From assembly GCA_023701005.1 (NCBI GenBank), contig JAMPXW010000001.1, forward strand, positions 207,843 through 271,842: a stretch of 64,000 bases of DNA, read 5' to 3'. Positions within the stretch are counted from its first letter, which is position 1. The number at the start of each line of letters is the position of its first letter. Under the pieces are notes generated by a model, which had not been told where the DNA came from, did not search any database, and saw only the letters and a list, made by a program, of their open reading frames with translations. A program made the position numbers and the translations under genes. Positions 1 through 9,803 of the stretch are shown piece by piece. This DNA is from Burkholderiales bacterium. GTDB lineage: Bacteria > Patescibacteriota > Minisyncoccia > Phycocordibacterales > UBA9973.

Positions 1-597
1 GAATTAATTTTATCTCAGATAGAAAGGGGTAATAAGTTTGTTATAGTCACAGGTGGTGGAAAGATTTGTAGAAAATATCAAACAGTTGCCAAAGAGATAT
101 CATCGCCCTCTAGTGAAGATTTGGATTGGATAGGCATAGCTTCTCTTCGATTGAATGCACAGCTTTTAAGAGTTATATTTAGAGATCATACACATCCTAA
201 GATAATAAAGAATCCTTTAGAAACTATTATTTTTGATAAACCAGTCGTTGTCGGCTCAGCCAATGAACCAGGACACAGTACAGATTGGGATGCGGTGATG
301 ATAGCAAAGAATGTCGGAGCAAAGAAAGTTATAAATTTATCTAACACAGATTATGTTTATGATTCTGATCCAAGGACCAATGAAAATGCAAAAAGAATAG
401 AGAAAATTTCTTGGAACGAATATAGAAAATTAATTCCAGAAGAATGGAACCCAGGATTAAATACTCCTTTCGATCCTATTGCTTCTGAGGTAGCAGAAAA
501 AGAGGGAATTGAAGTTGTGATAATGAATGGTAAGCCGATTCTGAATTTAGCAAATTATTTAGATGGAAAAGATTTTAAAGGAACGATAATTTATTAA
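1..597 (+). CDS. pyrH: UMP kinase (archaeal-like type), 5' partial
   Basis: Frame open from base 1 (VIVTGGGKICRKYQ); PGHSTD, NTDYVYDSDP and PFDPIA motifs. Confidence 0.9.
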   Translation, partial: ELILSQIERGNKFVIVTGGGKICRKYQTVAKEISSPSSEDLDWIGIASLRLNAQLLRVIFRDHTHPKIIKNPLETIIFDKPVVVGSANEPGHSTDWDAVMIAKNVGAKKVINLSNTDYVYDSDPRTNENAKRIEKISWNEYRKLIPEEWNPGLNTPFDPIASEVAEKEGIEVVIMNGKPILNLANYLDGKDFKGTIIY

Positions 598-707
598 ATT
601 TTTTAAAATAAACTTTTTTCGGTACGGATTTTTTGAAGCTCAAAAAATCCTGAAATTCTCGGCTCGACAGCCTCGAAACCCCTTCAAAAGTTTATTTTAA
701 AAAATTT
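596..707. repeat. Intergenic structured element: perfect 22-bp terminal inverted repeat with internal hairpin
   Basis: aaattttttaaaataaactttt (596-617) / aaaagtttattttaaaaaattt (686-707); inner ggattttttga-agc-tcaaaaaatcc. Confidence 0.75.
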
Positions 708-717
708 TACAAAAGTT

Positions 718-1485
718 ATGATAATAATAAAAACAAAAGAAGAAATTGAAATATTGAGAGAAGGAGGGAAGCGTTTGGCTACTGTTCTTCATAAAGTTAA
801 AGATATGGTAAAGCCTGGAATTTCTACTTGGGAATTAGATAAATATGCAGAGAAATTAATTAGAGACATGGGTGACTATCCAGCATTTTTGAATTACAAA
901 CCCGAAGGAGCAGATTTTCCTTATCCTGCATCTTTGTGTGTTTCAGTAAATAATGAAGTTGTACATGGTATTCCCAAAAAAGAAAAGATTTTACAAGAAG
1001 GAGATATTGTATCTATTGATCTAGGCTTGCGACACAATGGATTGTATACAGACATGGCCATGACAGTCGGTGTGGGAGAGATAAGCAATGCATCTAAAAA
1101 GCTTTTAAAAACTACTGAGCAGGCTTTGATGGTGGGCATAGAGGCTGCACAATGTGGCAATAAGACTGGAGATATAGGTCATGCGATAGAAGGTTTTGTA
1201 CGTCCTCATAAATACGGTATTGTAGAGGTTTTGTCAGGTCATGGCGTCGGTAAATATATTCATGAAGATCCTTATATACCAAATTTTGGTAAAGCAAACA
1301 CAGGAGTAAAACTCGTGAAGGACATGGTGATAGCTATCGAACCAATGTTGAATAATGGTACCAAGAATGTAGTTGTTGATAATGATGGATATACTTTCCG
1401 TACAGCTGATGGAAAAAGAAGTGCGCATTTTGAACATACTATTTTAATTACAGATGGCGAACCTGAAATTTTAACTAAAATTTAA
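718..1485 (+). CDS. map: Methionine aminopeptidase type I
   Basis: SVNNEVVHGIP, GHGVG..IHEDP, AIEPM, SAHFEHT motifs. Confidence 0.97.
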   Translation: MIIIKTKEEIEILREGGKRLATVLHKVKDMVKPGISTWELDKYAEKLIRDMGDYPAFLNYKPEGADFPYPASLCVSVNNEVVHGIPKKEKILQEGDIVSIDLGLRHNGLYTDMAMTVGVGEISNASKKLLKTTEQALMVGIEAAQCGNKTGDIGHAIEGFVRPHKYGIVEVLSGHGVGKYIHEDPYIPNFGKANTGVKLVKDMVIAIEPMLNNGTKNVVVDNDGYTFRTADGKRSAHFEHTILITDGEPEILTKI

Positions 1486-1544
1486 AAAAATATTTAAAAA
1501 GTAATTCTATAAATTTTTTAAATAGCTTGTGTTATAATAAATAT

Positions 1545-4307
1545 ATGGAAGGGTCATTTTTAAACGAAATGCCAAAATTTAAAACTCCGGAAGAAGAGTT
1601 AATTTATTTGCGTGAGCATGTTGCTAGAAAAGAACAAGAGTTGAAAGACAATGGACATCATGAACAAGCGAATGAAAATGCTGTAAAACATATCATAGAA
1701 CAATACAAACAAAAACCAGCTGAAGAAATATTGCATAAAGATCATTTATTAAAAAAAGATGATAGGGAAGCTATTGTGTTACAGCTAAAACCAGAACTCC
1801 ATGACACGATAATGGAAGAGCTTTTAGGAGTAGTAATAACAAAGGGTATTAGAAATGCACTATCTGTTGTTGAAAAGATGTCAGACCCTCATATAGATGA
1901 TGATTTCCATAGAATATTGGTTCAATATTTAAAAACGGGGCAGGTTTTTGATTTGAAGGAAGGCACTCCGTTGTATAAATCTTTGAATATGACTCTTTTT
2001 GAAATTACTCTTCCTCCTCCTAAAGAAGAAGGAGATAAAGTGAAAGGTTTTAAAGAATTTATAGGCGCAATGGAGCAATTTTATGCTGGCATGAATTCTA
2101 TTTCAGAAGGAAAGAATAATGAAAAAGAAAATTATTTTACTTTAGAAGTTGCTTTAAGTAATGCTTCAGATGAAGTTGTGGTTTTTGCTGCAATACTAAA
2201 CAAACATGTTTCTTTATTTGAAAAACAAGTTCTTTCTTTTTATCATGATGCAAAAGTTCATGAAGTGAAAGATGATTATAATATTTTCAATGAGAAGGGA
2301 GGTTCTGCTGGGGCTTATGCTAGTTTCTCTGAGAGACCACTTTTACCCATAAAGACATATGATCAAATAGATCATGATCCGATGAATATCATTTTGAATG
2401 TTTTTTCTAAGTTGCAGACAGTAGGTGAAGGGGCTGCTATACAGCTAGTAGTAGCACCAGCGGGGGAGAAGTTTATAAATGATTTCCATTTGATTTTAGA
2501 TGATATAAAAAGTGGCACATCTGTCAAACATGCTGCAGATAATTTCTATAAATTTAATAAGGCTTTCTTAAAGGTTTCTAAAGAACTTATTTTTGGTTTC
2601 AAAAAAGAAGATGAAAATAAAAAAGAGAAATATATTCCAGGTAGGCGTGCCGTCGATGAAGGTGCAATAGAAAAGATAACCAATAAGATGAAAAGCTCTA
2701 TAATGAAAGCAAACATAAGAGTCATAACATCTGCAGATACGAAAGACAGGGCAGAAAGCATCTTGCAAGAGATAGAATCTTCCTTCAATCAATTTACAGA
2801 GCCAGCAAGCAATTCTTTCTTTTTTGAAAAATTAAAAGACAATGATTTAAAGAAACTTTTCCACGATTTTTCTTTTCGTATTTTTGCAGATGATAAGATA
2901 CTTCCAATGAATCTAAAAGAGCTATCTTCAGTATTTCATTTTCCTGTGGGCGTCGGCAGTCAACCACAGTTAAAAGAAGCAAAAGCAGGCATCGCCCCAG
3001 CTCCTATGGAGATGAAAAACGAGGGGATAGTGTTAGGAATAAATAGTTATAGAGGTAAAGATACTACAATACAAATGTCTCGAGAAGACAGAATGAGACA
3101 TTTTTATGTCATAGGGCAGACGGGTACAGGTAAAACAAACATAATGTTAAATATGATAACTCAAGATATAAAGAATGGTGATGGTTGTTGTTATATTGAT
3201 CCTCATGGTACAGATATTCAAACTATTTTATCTCGCATTCCTAAAGAACGTATTGATGATGTTATATATTTTGATCCAGCATATACATTGAGACCAATGG
3301 GGCTCAATATGCTCGAATATGATCCAAATTATCCAGAACAGAAAACTTTTGTTGTGAATGAAATGATGGGTATCTTTAATAAACTCTTTGATATGAAAGT
3401 CGGGGGCGGGGCTATGTTTGAACAATATTTTAGAAATAGTGCATTTTTGGTTATGGAAGATCCAGAGTCAGGTTCTACATTACTTGAGATTACTCGTGTT
3501 TTGGCTGATAAAGAATTTAGAGATATGAAATTGGCTAAATGTAAGAATCCTATCATTAAACAATTTTGGATATCAGCAGAGCAAACTTCAGGAGATCAAT
3601 CTTTGGCAAACTTTGTTCCTTATATTTCTTCTAAATTTGATAATTTTATTTCTAACGATATCATGCGTCCAGTTGTTCTACAGCAAAATTCTGTATTTAA
3701 TTTTAGGAAAATAATGGATGAGAAAAAAATTCTTTTAGTAAATCTTTCAAAGGGAAGATTGGGAGATATAAATGCAAATTTGATAGGTTTGGTGCTTGTG
3801 GGGAAGATACAGATGGCGGCTCTTTCTAGAGTAGATATGTTTGGCAAGCCTATGAATGATTTTTATCTTTACATAGATGAGTTTCAAAATGTGACGACTG
3901 ATTCCATCTCATCTATTCTCTCTGAGGCTAGAAAATATAGATTGTCTTTAAACATTGCGCATCAATACATAAGCCAGCTTGAAGAGAATATAAAAAATGC
4001 AGTTTTTGGCAACGTCGGATCTATGGCAGTATTCCGAGTTGGGTCTGAAGATGCTACATTTTTGGAGCCTAAATTTAAACCAACTTTCAGCGCTCAGGAT
4101 ATAACAAAATTGGATAATTATAATGCTTATATGAGTATGCTTGTAAATGGTCAACCTACGAAGCCATTTAACATAAAGACTCTTGCCCCAGAGAGGGGAA
4201 ACGTAGAGATTGTTGAAAATCTAAAACAACTTTCATATCTTAAATATGGACGTGATCGTGATGAAGTAGAAAAAGAAATAATGCTTCGATATTCCACGAT
4301 GCAGTAG
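1545..4307 (+). CDS. VirB4/VirD4/HerA-like P-loop ATPase (T4SS coupling protein-like)
   Basis: Walker A GQTGTGKT, IDPHG, LYIDEFQN, SEARKY, AHQYISQL; ATG 1545 follows TATAAT. Confidence 0.85.
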   Translation: MEGSFLNEMPKFKTPEEELIYLREHVARKEQELKDNGHHEQANENAVKHIIEQYKQKPAEEILHKDHLLKKDDREAIVLQLKPELHDTIMEELLGVVITKGIRNALSVVEKMSDPHIDDDFHRILVQYLKTGQVFDLKEGTPLYKSLNMTLFEITLPPPKEEGDKVKGFKEFIGAMEQFYAGMNSISEGKNNEKENYFTLEVALSNASDEVVVFAAILNKHVSLFEKQVLSFYHDAKVHEVKDDYNIFNEKGGSAGAYASFSERPLLPIKTYDQIDHDPMNIILNVFSKLQTVGEGAAIQLVVAPAGEKFINDFHLILDDIKSGTSVKHAADNFYKFNKAFLKVSKELIFGFKKEDENKKEKYIPGRRAVDEGAIEKITNKMKSSIMKANIRVITSADTKDRAESILQEIESSFNQFTEPASNSFFFEKLKDNDLKKLFHDFSFRIFADDKILPMNLKELSSVFHFPVGVGSQPQLKEAKAGIAPAPMEMKNEGIVLGINSYRGKDTTIQMSREDRMRHFYVIGQTGTGKTNIMLNMITQDIKNGDGCCYIDPHGTDIQTILSRIPKERIDDVIYFDPAYTLRPMGLNMLEYDPNYPEQKTFVVNEMMGIFNKLFDMKVGGGAMFEQYFRNSAFLVMEDPESGSTLLEITRVLADKEFRDMKLAKCKNPIIKQFWISAEQTSGDQSLANFVPYISSKFDNFISNDIMRPVVLQQNSVFNFRKIMDEKKILLVNLSKGRLGDINANLIGLVLVGKIQMAALSRVDMFGKPMNDFYLYIDEFQNVTTDSISSILSEARKYRLSLNIAHQYISQLEENIKNAVFGNVGSMAVFRVGSEDATFLEPKFKPTFSAQDITKLDNYNAYMSMLVNGQPTKPFNIKTLAPERGNVEIVENLKQLSYLKYGRDRDEVEKEIMLRYSTMQ

Positions 4308-4389
4308 TTTGGAATTTTAGATTAAAGTTGAGTAATTTTGAAAAATCTGTTAGGATGGGGTTATTATAATTAGTTAAAATAAAAGTTTT

Positions 4390-4974
4390 ATGAAGCATCC
4401 AAAAGAAGAATTAACATATGTGATGATAAAGCCAGATGGTGTAAGAAAAGGCCTTATCGGAGAGATTATCCGTCGTTTTGAACAACGAGATCTAAAAATT
4501 GTTGCATTGGAAATGTTCCAGCCTACTCACGAACAGATCGATAATCATTATCCAAAAAATCCAGAATGGATAACAAGGCTAGGCGAGAAAACAAAGACAA
4601 CTTATGAGAAATATGGATATGACTTAGTCGCTGATTTTGATACAGATGATACATCAAAAATTGGACCAGAAGTAAGAAAATGGTTGGTTAGCTATATGGT
4701 TAGTTCTCCTTTGGTTAAAATGGTTGTTCAAGGAGTTCATTCAGTAGATGTCGTTCGTAAGATTGCAGGTGATACTATGCCTTATAAAGCAGATATGGGT
4801 ACTATTCGTGGAGATTTTTCTATTGATTCTCCTGCGCTTGCTAATAAAGAAAAAAGAGCTGTTATGAATGTTATTCATTGTTCAGAAACACCAGAAGAAG
4901 CAGCACACGAGATAAAACATTGGTTTGGTGATGTGGAGATCTATTCATACAAACGTTTCGGAGTAGACGAATAA
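4390..4974 (+). CDS. ndk: Nucleoside diphosphate kinase
   Basis: MIKPDGV, GTIRGDF, NVIHCSE motifs. Confidence 0.95.
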   Translation: MKHPKEELTYVMIKPDGVRKGLIGEIIRRFEQRDLKIVALEMFQPTHEQIDNHYPKNPEWITRLGEKTKTTYEKYGYDLVADFDTDDTSKIGPEVRKWLVSYMVSSPLVKMVVQGVHSVDVVRKIAGDTMPYKADMGTIRGDFSIDSPALANKEKRAVMNVIHCSETPEEAAHEIKHWFGDVEIYSYKRFGVDE

Positions 4975-4985
4975 AAAATATTTAG

Positions 4986-5016
4986 AATAAAATCCCCGAA
5001 GAGGGGATTTTATTTT
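4986..5016 (+). terminator. Rho-independent terminator after ndk
   Basis: aataaaatcccc-gaaga-ggggattttatt plus T run. Confidence 0.8.
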
Positions 5017-5087
5017 GGAAAATAATTCAAAAACAAAAAAAATGTCTCGTCTAGTTGCAGGTCTGTCTATCTTTGCTATACTTTTAG

Positions 5088-5213
5088 TAGGGTTATTTCC
5101 AATTATTACCTAGAACACTATTTTATGGGAGCCTCGATCGAATAAGACCTTGGTCCTATACGTCTGGTACCCACTTAGCTTTAAGCTATGGTAATATATT
5201 GGAAATAACCCTA
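5088..5213 (+). ncRNA. ssrS: Candidate 6S RNA
   Basis: Long closing stem tagggttatttccaat/attggaaataacccta; central bubble flanked by gggagc and ggtacccac; upstream extended -10 TGcTATACT (5074-5082); hairpin plus T run downstream. Confidence 0.65.
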
Positions 5214-5267
5214 AGAAAGAGTCTCCATTTTGTGGGGATTTTTTCTTTTATAGGCTATAATATTTGT

Positions 5268-5645
5268 ATGGATTATAAAAAACTTTTGAAATATTCTGCT
5301 GTACTTATATTTTCTATATTTTTGATGAATTATTTAGCTTTGCGTTTTCATTGGTATTTTTCTATTTGGTATTTTGATATGTTAATGCATTTTTTGGGTG
5401 GTATTTGGCTTGGTTTTATTTCTATATACTTATTTAACTTTGATTCTGGTTCTAAAAAATCGTTTTTTAACATAATAGTAGCAGTATTTGTTGTTGGTGT
5501 AGGCTGGGAAATATTTGAAATAGTAGTTAATGCTTATACGACTGAAAACGCTTTTAATTTTTTAGACACAATTTCTGATTTATTTTTTGATACTGCTGGT
5601 GGTGTCTTTGCTTTGCTTTATTTCTTGAAAAAGAATTCTTGTTAA
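5268..5645 (+). CDS. Membrane protein (VanZ/DUF2238-like)
   Basis: Hydrophobic; D..MHFLGG, WEIFE and DTISDLFFD motifs; start moved to ATG 5268 after TATAAT. Confidence 0.7.
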   Translation: MDYKKLLKYSAVLIFSIFLMNYLALRFHWYFSIWYFDMLMHFLGGIWLGFISIYLFNFDSGSKKSFFNIIVAVFVVGVGWEIFEIVVNAYTTENAFNFLDTISDLFFDTAGGVFALLYFLKKNSC

Positions 5646-5711
5646 ATAAAAATATGTTGCCTAATATTGCTTTAGTTTTGTAAAACTTTCTTGCCAGTGT
5701 ATAATTGAACC

Positions 5712-7076
5712 ATGGCAGGAGTAGCAAAAATAACATTTTGTGGAGGTACAGGTTCGGTCACAGGAGCGAACTTTCTTTTTGAAGTGGATGGTAAAAAAAT
5801 ATTGATAGATTGTGGACTTACTCAAGGTAGTGAATTAGCAGATGAGGCTAATTGGGCTCCTTTTTTGTATGACCCAAAAGAAATAGATATTCTTTTTATT
5901 ACTCATTCTCACATAGACCACATAGGTAGAATTCCAAAATTAATAAATGAAGGCTTTGTTGGTAAAATATATTCTACTAAACCTACACGATCTTTGACGG
6001 GTCCTATGCTTGAGGATACCGCTGGTATTTTGTCTAAGAATAAACAATTAAATTTGGCAAAAATCTATACAGAAGAAAATATAAATAAAGCTTTTACACA
6101 ATGGATTTCATTTGATTATTATGAAAAAGTAAAAATTACAGAGAACTTAGAATTTTCTTTTAAAAATGCAGGACATATTTTAGGTTCTGCTATGATAGAG
6201 TTTGTATATAATGGAAAGAAAATTCTTTTTACTGGAGATCTTGGTAATTCTCCATCTCCATTGCTCCCTGATACTGACAAAATAACAGATGCTGATTATC
6301 TAATAATGGAGAGTGTCTATGGAGACAGAAATCATGAATCTAGAAATGATAGAAAGCGCATGTTGGAAAAAGTGATAGAAGATAATTATAAAAGAAAGGG
6401 AACATTAATAATCCCTACTTTTTCTTTGGAGCGTTCTCAAGAACTTTTATTTGAGTTGAATGATTTGGTAGAAAACAATCGTATACCTGTGATGCCAATT
6501 TTCTTTGATTCACCGTTGGCTATTCGTTTAACTGAAATTTTTAAACAATTTAGAACTTACTTTAATGAAGTAGCACAAAAAGCATTATCAGAAGACAAGC
6601 ATTTGTTTGATTTTCCGGGACTTCATTCCACTTTAAAGTCAGAAGAATCAAAATTAATTAACGAAGCACCAAACCCAAAGATAGTTATTGCTGGCTCAGG
6701 AATGTCTTCTGGTGGACGCATTGTACACCATGAGAGACATTTTTTGCCTGATCCGAATAACACTATTTTACTCACAGGTTATCAATCATTAGGAACGATG
6801 GGGCGTTTGATTCAAGAAGGAGTAAAGACAGTTCATATCTCCGGAGAAGAGGTGAGTGTGCGTGCTCATGTAGAAACTATTTTGGGATATTCAGGACATA
6901 AAGATGGAGATGGTTTATTAAATTTTGTGAATGACATGCAAGACAATGTGAAAAAAGTTTTTGTTGTTATGGGTGAACCAAAATCAGCGATGTTTTTAGT
7001 TCAAAGGATTAGAGACAATCTTGGAGTCGATGCTTATGCCCCCGCACAAGGGGATAGTGTTTTACTTTATTTCTGA
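5712..7076 (+). CDS. Metallo-beta-lactamase/beta-CASP ribonuclease
   Basis: THSHIDHIG, AGHILGS, MESVYG, YSGHKD, VMGE motifs. Confidence 0.92.
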   Translation: MAGVAKITFCGGTGSVTGANFLFEVDGKKILIDCGLTQGSELADEANWAPFLYDPKEIDILFITHSHIDHIGRIPKLINEGFVGKIYSTKPTRSLTGPMLEDTAGILSKNKQLNLAKIYTEENINKAFTQWISFDYYEKVKITENLEFSFKNAGHILGSAMIEFVYNGKKILFTGDLGNSPSPLLPDTDKITDADYLIMESVYGDRNHESRNDRKRMLEKVIEDNYKRKGTLIIPTFSLERSQELLFELNDLVENNRIPVMPIFFDSPLAIRLTEIFKQFRTYFNEVAQKALSEDKHLFDFPGLHSTLKSEESKLINEAPNPKIVIAGSGMSSGGRIVHHERHFLPDPNNTILLTGYQSLGTMGRLIQEGVKTVHISGEEVSVRAHVETILGYSGHKDGDGLLNFVNDMQDNVKKVFVVMGEPKSAMFLVQRIRDNLGVDAYAPAQGDSVLLYF

Positions 7077-7088
7077 TAGAATACAACA

Positions 7089-7688
7089 ATGGAAAATAAT
7101 AATTCATTACATTCAAATAATAAACATGCACATGATCAGATAAAGATCTGTGTTTCTGGTGCAGCTGATACAGGGCATTGTGGTATTGGGACGTTAGACA
7201 AAGCACAAGAATTAGGACGTGAGATAGCGAGGCAAGGGGCAGTGCTCGTGACCGGGGCGACTACTGGTTTTCCTTTCTGGGCAGCCAAAGGTGCTAAAGA
7301 AGCTGGGGGTGTCTCTGTAGGTTTTTCTCCTGCATCTTCAGAAAAAGAGCATGTTGAGACTTATAAATTACCATTAGATTATATGGATTTGATCGTTTAC
7401 ACGGGATTTGGCTATCCTGGTAGAGATCTTTTGCTTACTCGTTCTTCTGACGCTGTGATGTTTGGTTGTGGGAGAATAGGAACTATTCATGAATTCACAG
7501 TAGCTTTCGAAGATAATAAAGTTATTGGTGTGTTGCAAGGTCCTTGGGAGATGAGTGAACAAATAAAAGAAATGATAGAGAAAGGGCATCGACCAAATGA
7601 GAAAATTATTTTTGGCGATAATGAAAAGAAATTGGTTGAAGATGTTATAGCAATGGTTAAAAAATATAAAATAGACGAACATAAATAA
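7089..7688 (+). CDS. LOG/SLOG family nucleotide-binding protein
   Basis: VTGATTG, YTGFG, GRIGTIHE motifs. Confidence 0.8.
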   Translation: MENNNSLHSNNKHAHDQIKICVSGAADTGHCGIGTLDKAQELGREIARQGAVLVTGATTGFPFWAAKGAKEAGGVSVGFSPASSEKEHVETYKLPLDYMDLIVYTGFGYPGRDLLLTRSSDAVMFGCGRIGTIHEFTVAFEDNKVIGVLQGPWEMSEQIKEMIEKGHRPNEKIIFGDNEKKLVEDVIAMVKKYKIDEHK

Positions 7689-7724
7689 AACTAAAAATCC
7701 CCCAATGGGGGATTTTTAGTTTTA
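7686..7724. terminator. Bidirectional terminator
   Basis: taaaactaaaaatccccc-aat-gggggatttttagtttta between convergent genes. Confidence 0.85.
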
Positions 7725-7726
7725 GA

Positions 7727-8071
7727 TTATTTTACGTTTTCTAAGATTCTAGCAAATACTTCTGGATTATTTTCTGCTAAGTCAGATAAGATTTTTCTGT
7801 CAAGTAGTATATCTTTCTTTTTTAAAGCATCAATAAATTTTGAATAAGACATTCCGAGTACTCGTGTACCAGCGTTTATCTTTATGTTCCACAAAGTTCT
7901 GTTGTGTGATTTCTTGTCTTTTCTGTGGGCAAAAGAATAATTACCAGCATGAAGCAATGCTTCTTTTGCTTGACGTTCTTTTGTACTTCTTCCGTGTCTA
8001 AAACCTTTTGTTTGTTTGAGAACACTTCTTCTTCTCTTTAATGCATGTACTCCCTTTTTTACTCTTGTCAT
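7727..8071 (-). CDS. rplT: 50S ribosomal protein L20
   Basis: MTRVKKG, LWNIKINA, LDRKILSDLA; synteny with rpmI and infC. Confidence 0.97.
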   Translation of the reverse strand: MTRVKKGVHALKRRRSVLKQTKGFRHGRSTKERQAKEALLHAGNYSFAHRKDKKSHNRTLWNIKINAGTRVLGMSYSKFIDALKKKDILLDRKILSDLAENNPEVFARILENVK

Positions 8072-8108
8072 AAATTAATTACGGTTATTTTTCTTATAAA
8101 CTTAAAAT

Positions 8109-8303
8109 TTAGCTAAAAGGCAATAAATGACTTTTAGGTTTATTTTTTATTGTGAAAGTTTGACCAGTTTTTCCAGCTAATTGAGTAGTGCGTGATTGTT
8201 TAGCATTGAAATGGTTGAATCCTGGCTTACGAGAAAGTATCTTACCATTTTTGGTAAGTTTTAATCTCTTTGAATATGATTTGTTTGTTTTCATTCCTTT
8301 CAT
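8109..8303 (-). CDS. rpmI: 50S ribosomal protein L35
   Basis: MKTNKSYSKRLKLTKNGK; synteny. Confidence 0.93.
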   Translation of the reverse strand: MKGMKTNKSYSKRLKLTKNGKILSRKPGFNHFNAKQSRTTQLAGKTGQTFTIKNKPKSHLLPFS

Positions 8304-8341
8304 AAATTTTGTATTGCACTAAGCTTATATTATTTTATTAA

Positions 8342-8848
8342 TTATTTTGCTTTCTCTATCGTCGTGACTAAACCTTTTGGACCCCTTTTGTATGCATCAG
8401 ATATTTTATATTCTTCTGTAATCAAATGAAGCACTCTGTCCAATCTTTCTTTTAAAAACTTTTCATCCATATACTTTGTACGTCCAGCAAGGAAAAGTTC
8501 CACTTTTATTCTATGTCCTTCCTTGAGCCATTTGGATGCTGTTTTTGCTTTAAGTCCTAAATCATGATCTCCCGTACCTATCTTTATCTGGATTGATTTT
8601 GTTTCTGTAGCCTTAGAACCAGCCTTAGCCTTTTTTAATTTCTTGCTAATCTCGTATTGATACTTTCCAAAATCCATTATCTTTGCGATAGGGGGATTAG
8701 CATTTGGAGACACTTCAATCAGATCTAAACCCTTATTTTGGGCTAGCTCTAAAGCATCTTTTATACTTAAAACACCTAGATTTTGACCTTCACTATCAAT
8801 AACACGAAGTTCTTTAGCTCGTATTTGGTTGTTTATTCTTTCACGCAA
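8342..8848 (-). CDS. infC: Translation initiation factor IF-3 (non-ATG start)
   Basis: RINNQIRAKELRVI, PPIAKIMDFGKY; starts at TTG (or in-frame ATA at 8857). Confidence 0.95.
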   Translation of the reverse strand: MRERINNQIRAKELRVIDSEGQNLGVLSIKDALELAQNKGLDLIEVSPNANPPIAKIMDFGKYQYEISKKLKKAKAGSKATETKSIQIKIGTGDHDLGLKAKTASKWLKEGHRIKVELFLAGRTKYMDEKFLKERLDRVLHLITEEYKISDAYKRGPKGLVTTIEKAK

Positions 8849-8894
8849 TTTATATATTTAAAGCTTAAACTAGTCAAAGTTTAGCCTATTTTTA

Positions 8895-9803
8895 CTATAA
8901 AGTCAACTTAGCTTCGTTAAATAAGCTTTCTATGGTATCTTCATCTTCAGCTTCACCAAAAAGCCTTATAATAGGTTCAGTATTTGAAGGTCTTAGATGG
9001 ATCCATGAATTATTATCAAAATCAAGGCGCAGGCCATCTTGTTCATCTATTTTTGCAGTTGGAAATTTCGATTTTAATTTTATATATATGTCATTTAGAT
9101 TTGTGTCTTTTATAGACCATTTGTCTTTTTTTATAAAATATTTTGGCAATAGAGATATAGCTTCACTTATGGTTTGGTTTCTTTCAGCTAGAAGTTCTAA
9201 AACAAGAGAGAGACCTACAAAGCTATCACGAGCAGTATTTATAGTAGGGTAGATGACTCCACCATTACCTTCTCCTCCAATAATCGCATTGTTTTTTAAA
9301 ATTGCTTCTACGACGTAACCTTCTCCTACTTTAGAAAGAAAACATTTACTACTATATTTTTCTGCTATGTGTTTAGACATTTGAGAGGTTGAAAGATTCG
9401 TGACTATAGATTTTCCAGGATTTTTAGATAGAATATTTTCAACAGACAAAGCTAAAGAATATTCTTCTAAAATAACTTCTCCTTTTTCATTTACGATTAC
9501 CAATCTATCTGCGTCTGGGTCATGCACAAAACCCAAGTCAGCTTTTGAATCTTTTACTAAATTTGCAATATCTTGCAGATTTTCTTTTAATGGTTCTGGT
9601 TTATGAGAAAATTTTCCATTTGGGATATTATTTAGTGGAATTAATTCTACTCCAAGTTTCTCAAAGATGTATGGATACATTACACAAGCAGAAGCATTTA
9701 TCATATCTACTGCTATTTTAAATTTCTTAGCATTTATAGCTGTCACATTTATGTGTTCTAAAATTTTGTCTATATGTTCTTTTGGGAAATTAGGAATGGT
9801 CAT
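8895..9803 (-). CDS. Phosphomannomutase/phosphoglucosamine mutase, domains II-IV (split gene)
   Basis: DPDADR metal loop, GGEGNGG, LRPSNTEP. Confidence 0.85.
   Translation of the reverse strand: MTIPNFPKEHIDKILEHINVTAINAKKFKIAVDMINASACVMYPYIFEKLGVELIPLNNIPNGKFSHKPEPLKENLQDIANLVKDSKADLGFVHDPDADRLVIVNEKGEVILEEYSLALSVENILSKNPGKSIVTNLSTSQMSKHIAEKYSSKCFLSKVGEGYVVEAILKNNAIIGGEGNGGVIYPTINTARDSFVGLSLVLELLAERNQTISEAISLLPKYFIKKDKWSIKDTNLNDIYIKLKSKFPTAKIDEQDGLRLDFDNNSWIHLRPSNTEPIIRLFGEAEDEDTIESLFNEAKLTL

Noticed and set aside
8846-8857. Non-ATG start of infC as a novelty
   Set aside because: Non-canonical infC starts are established autoregulation
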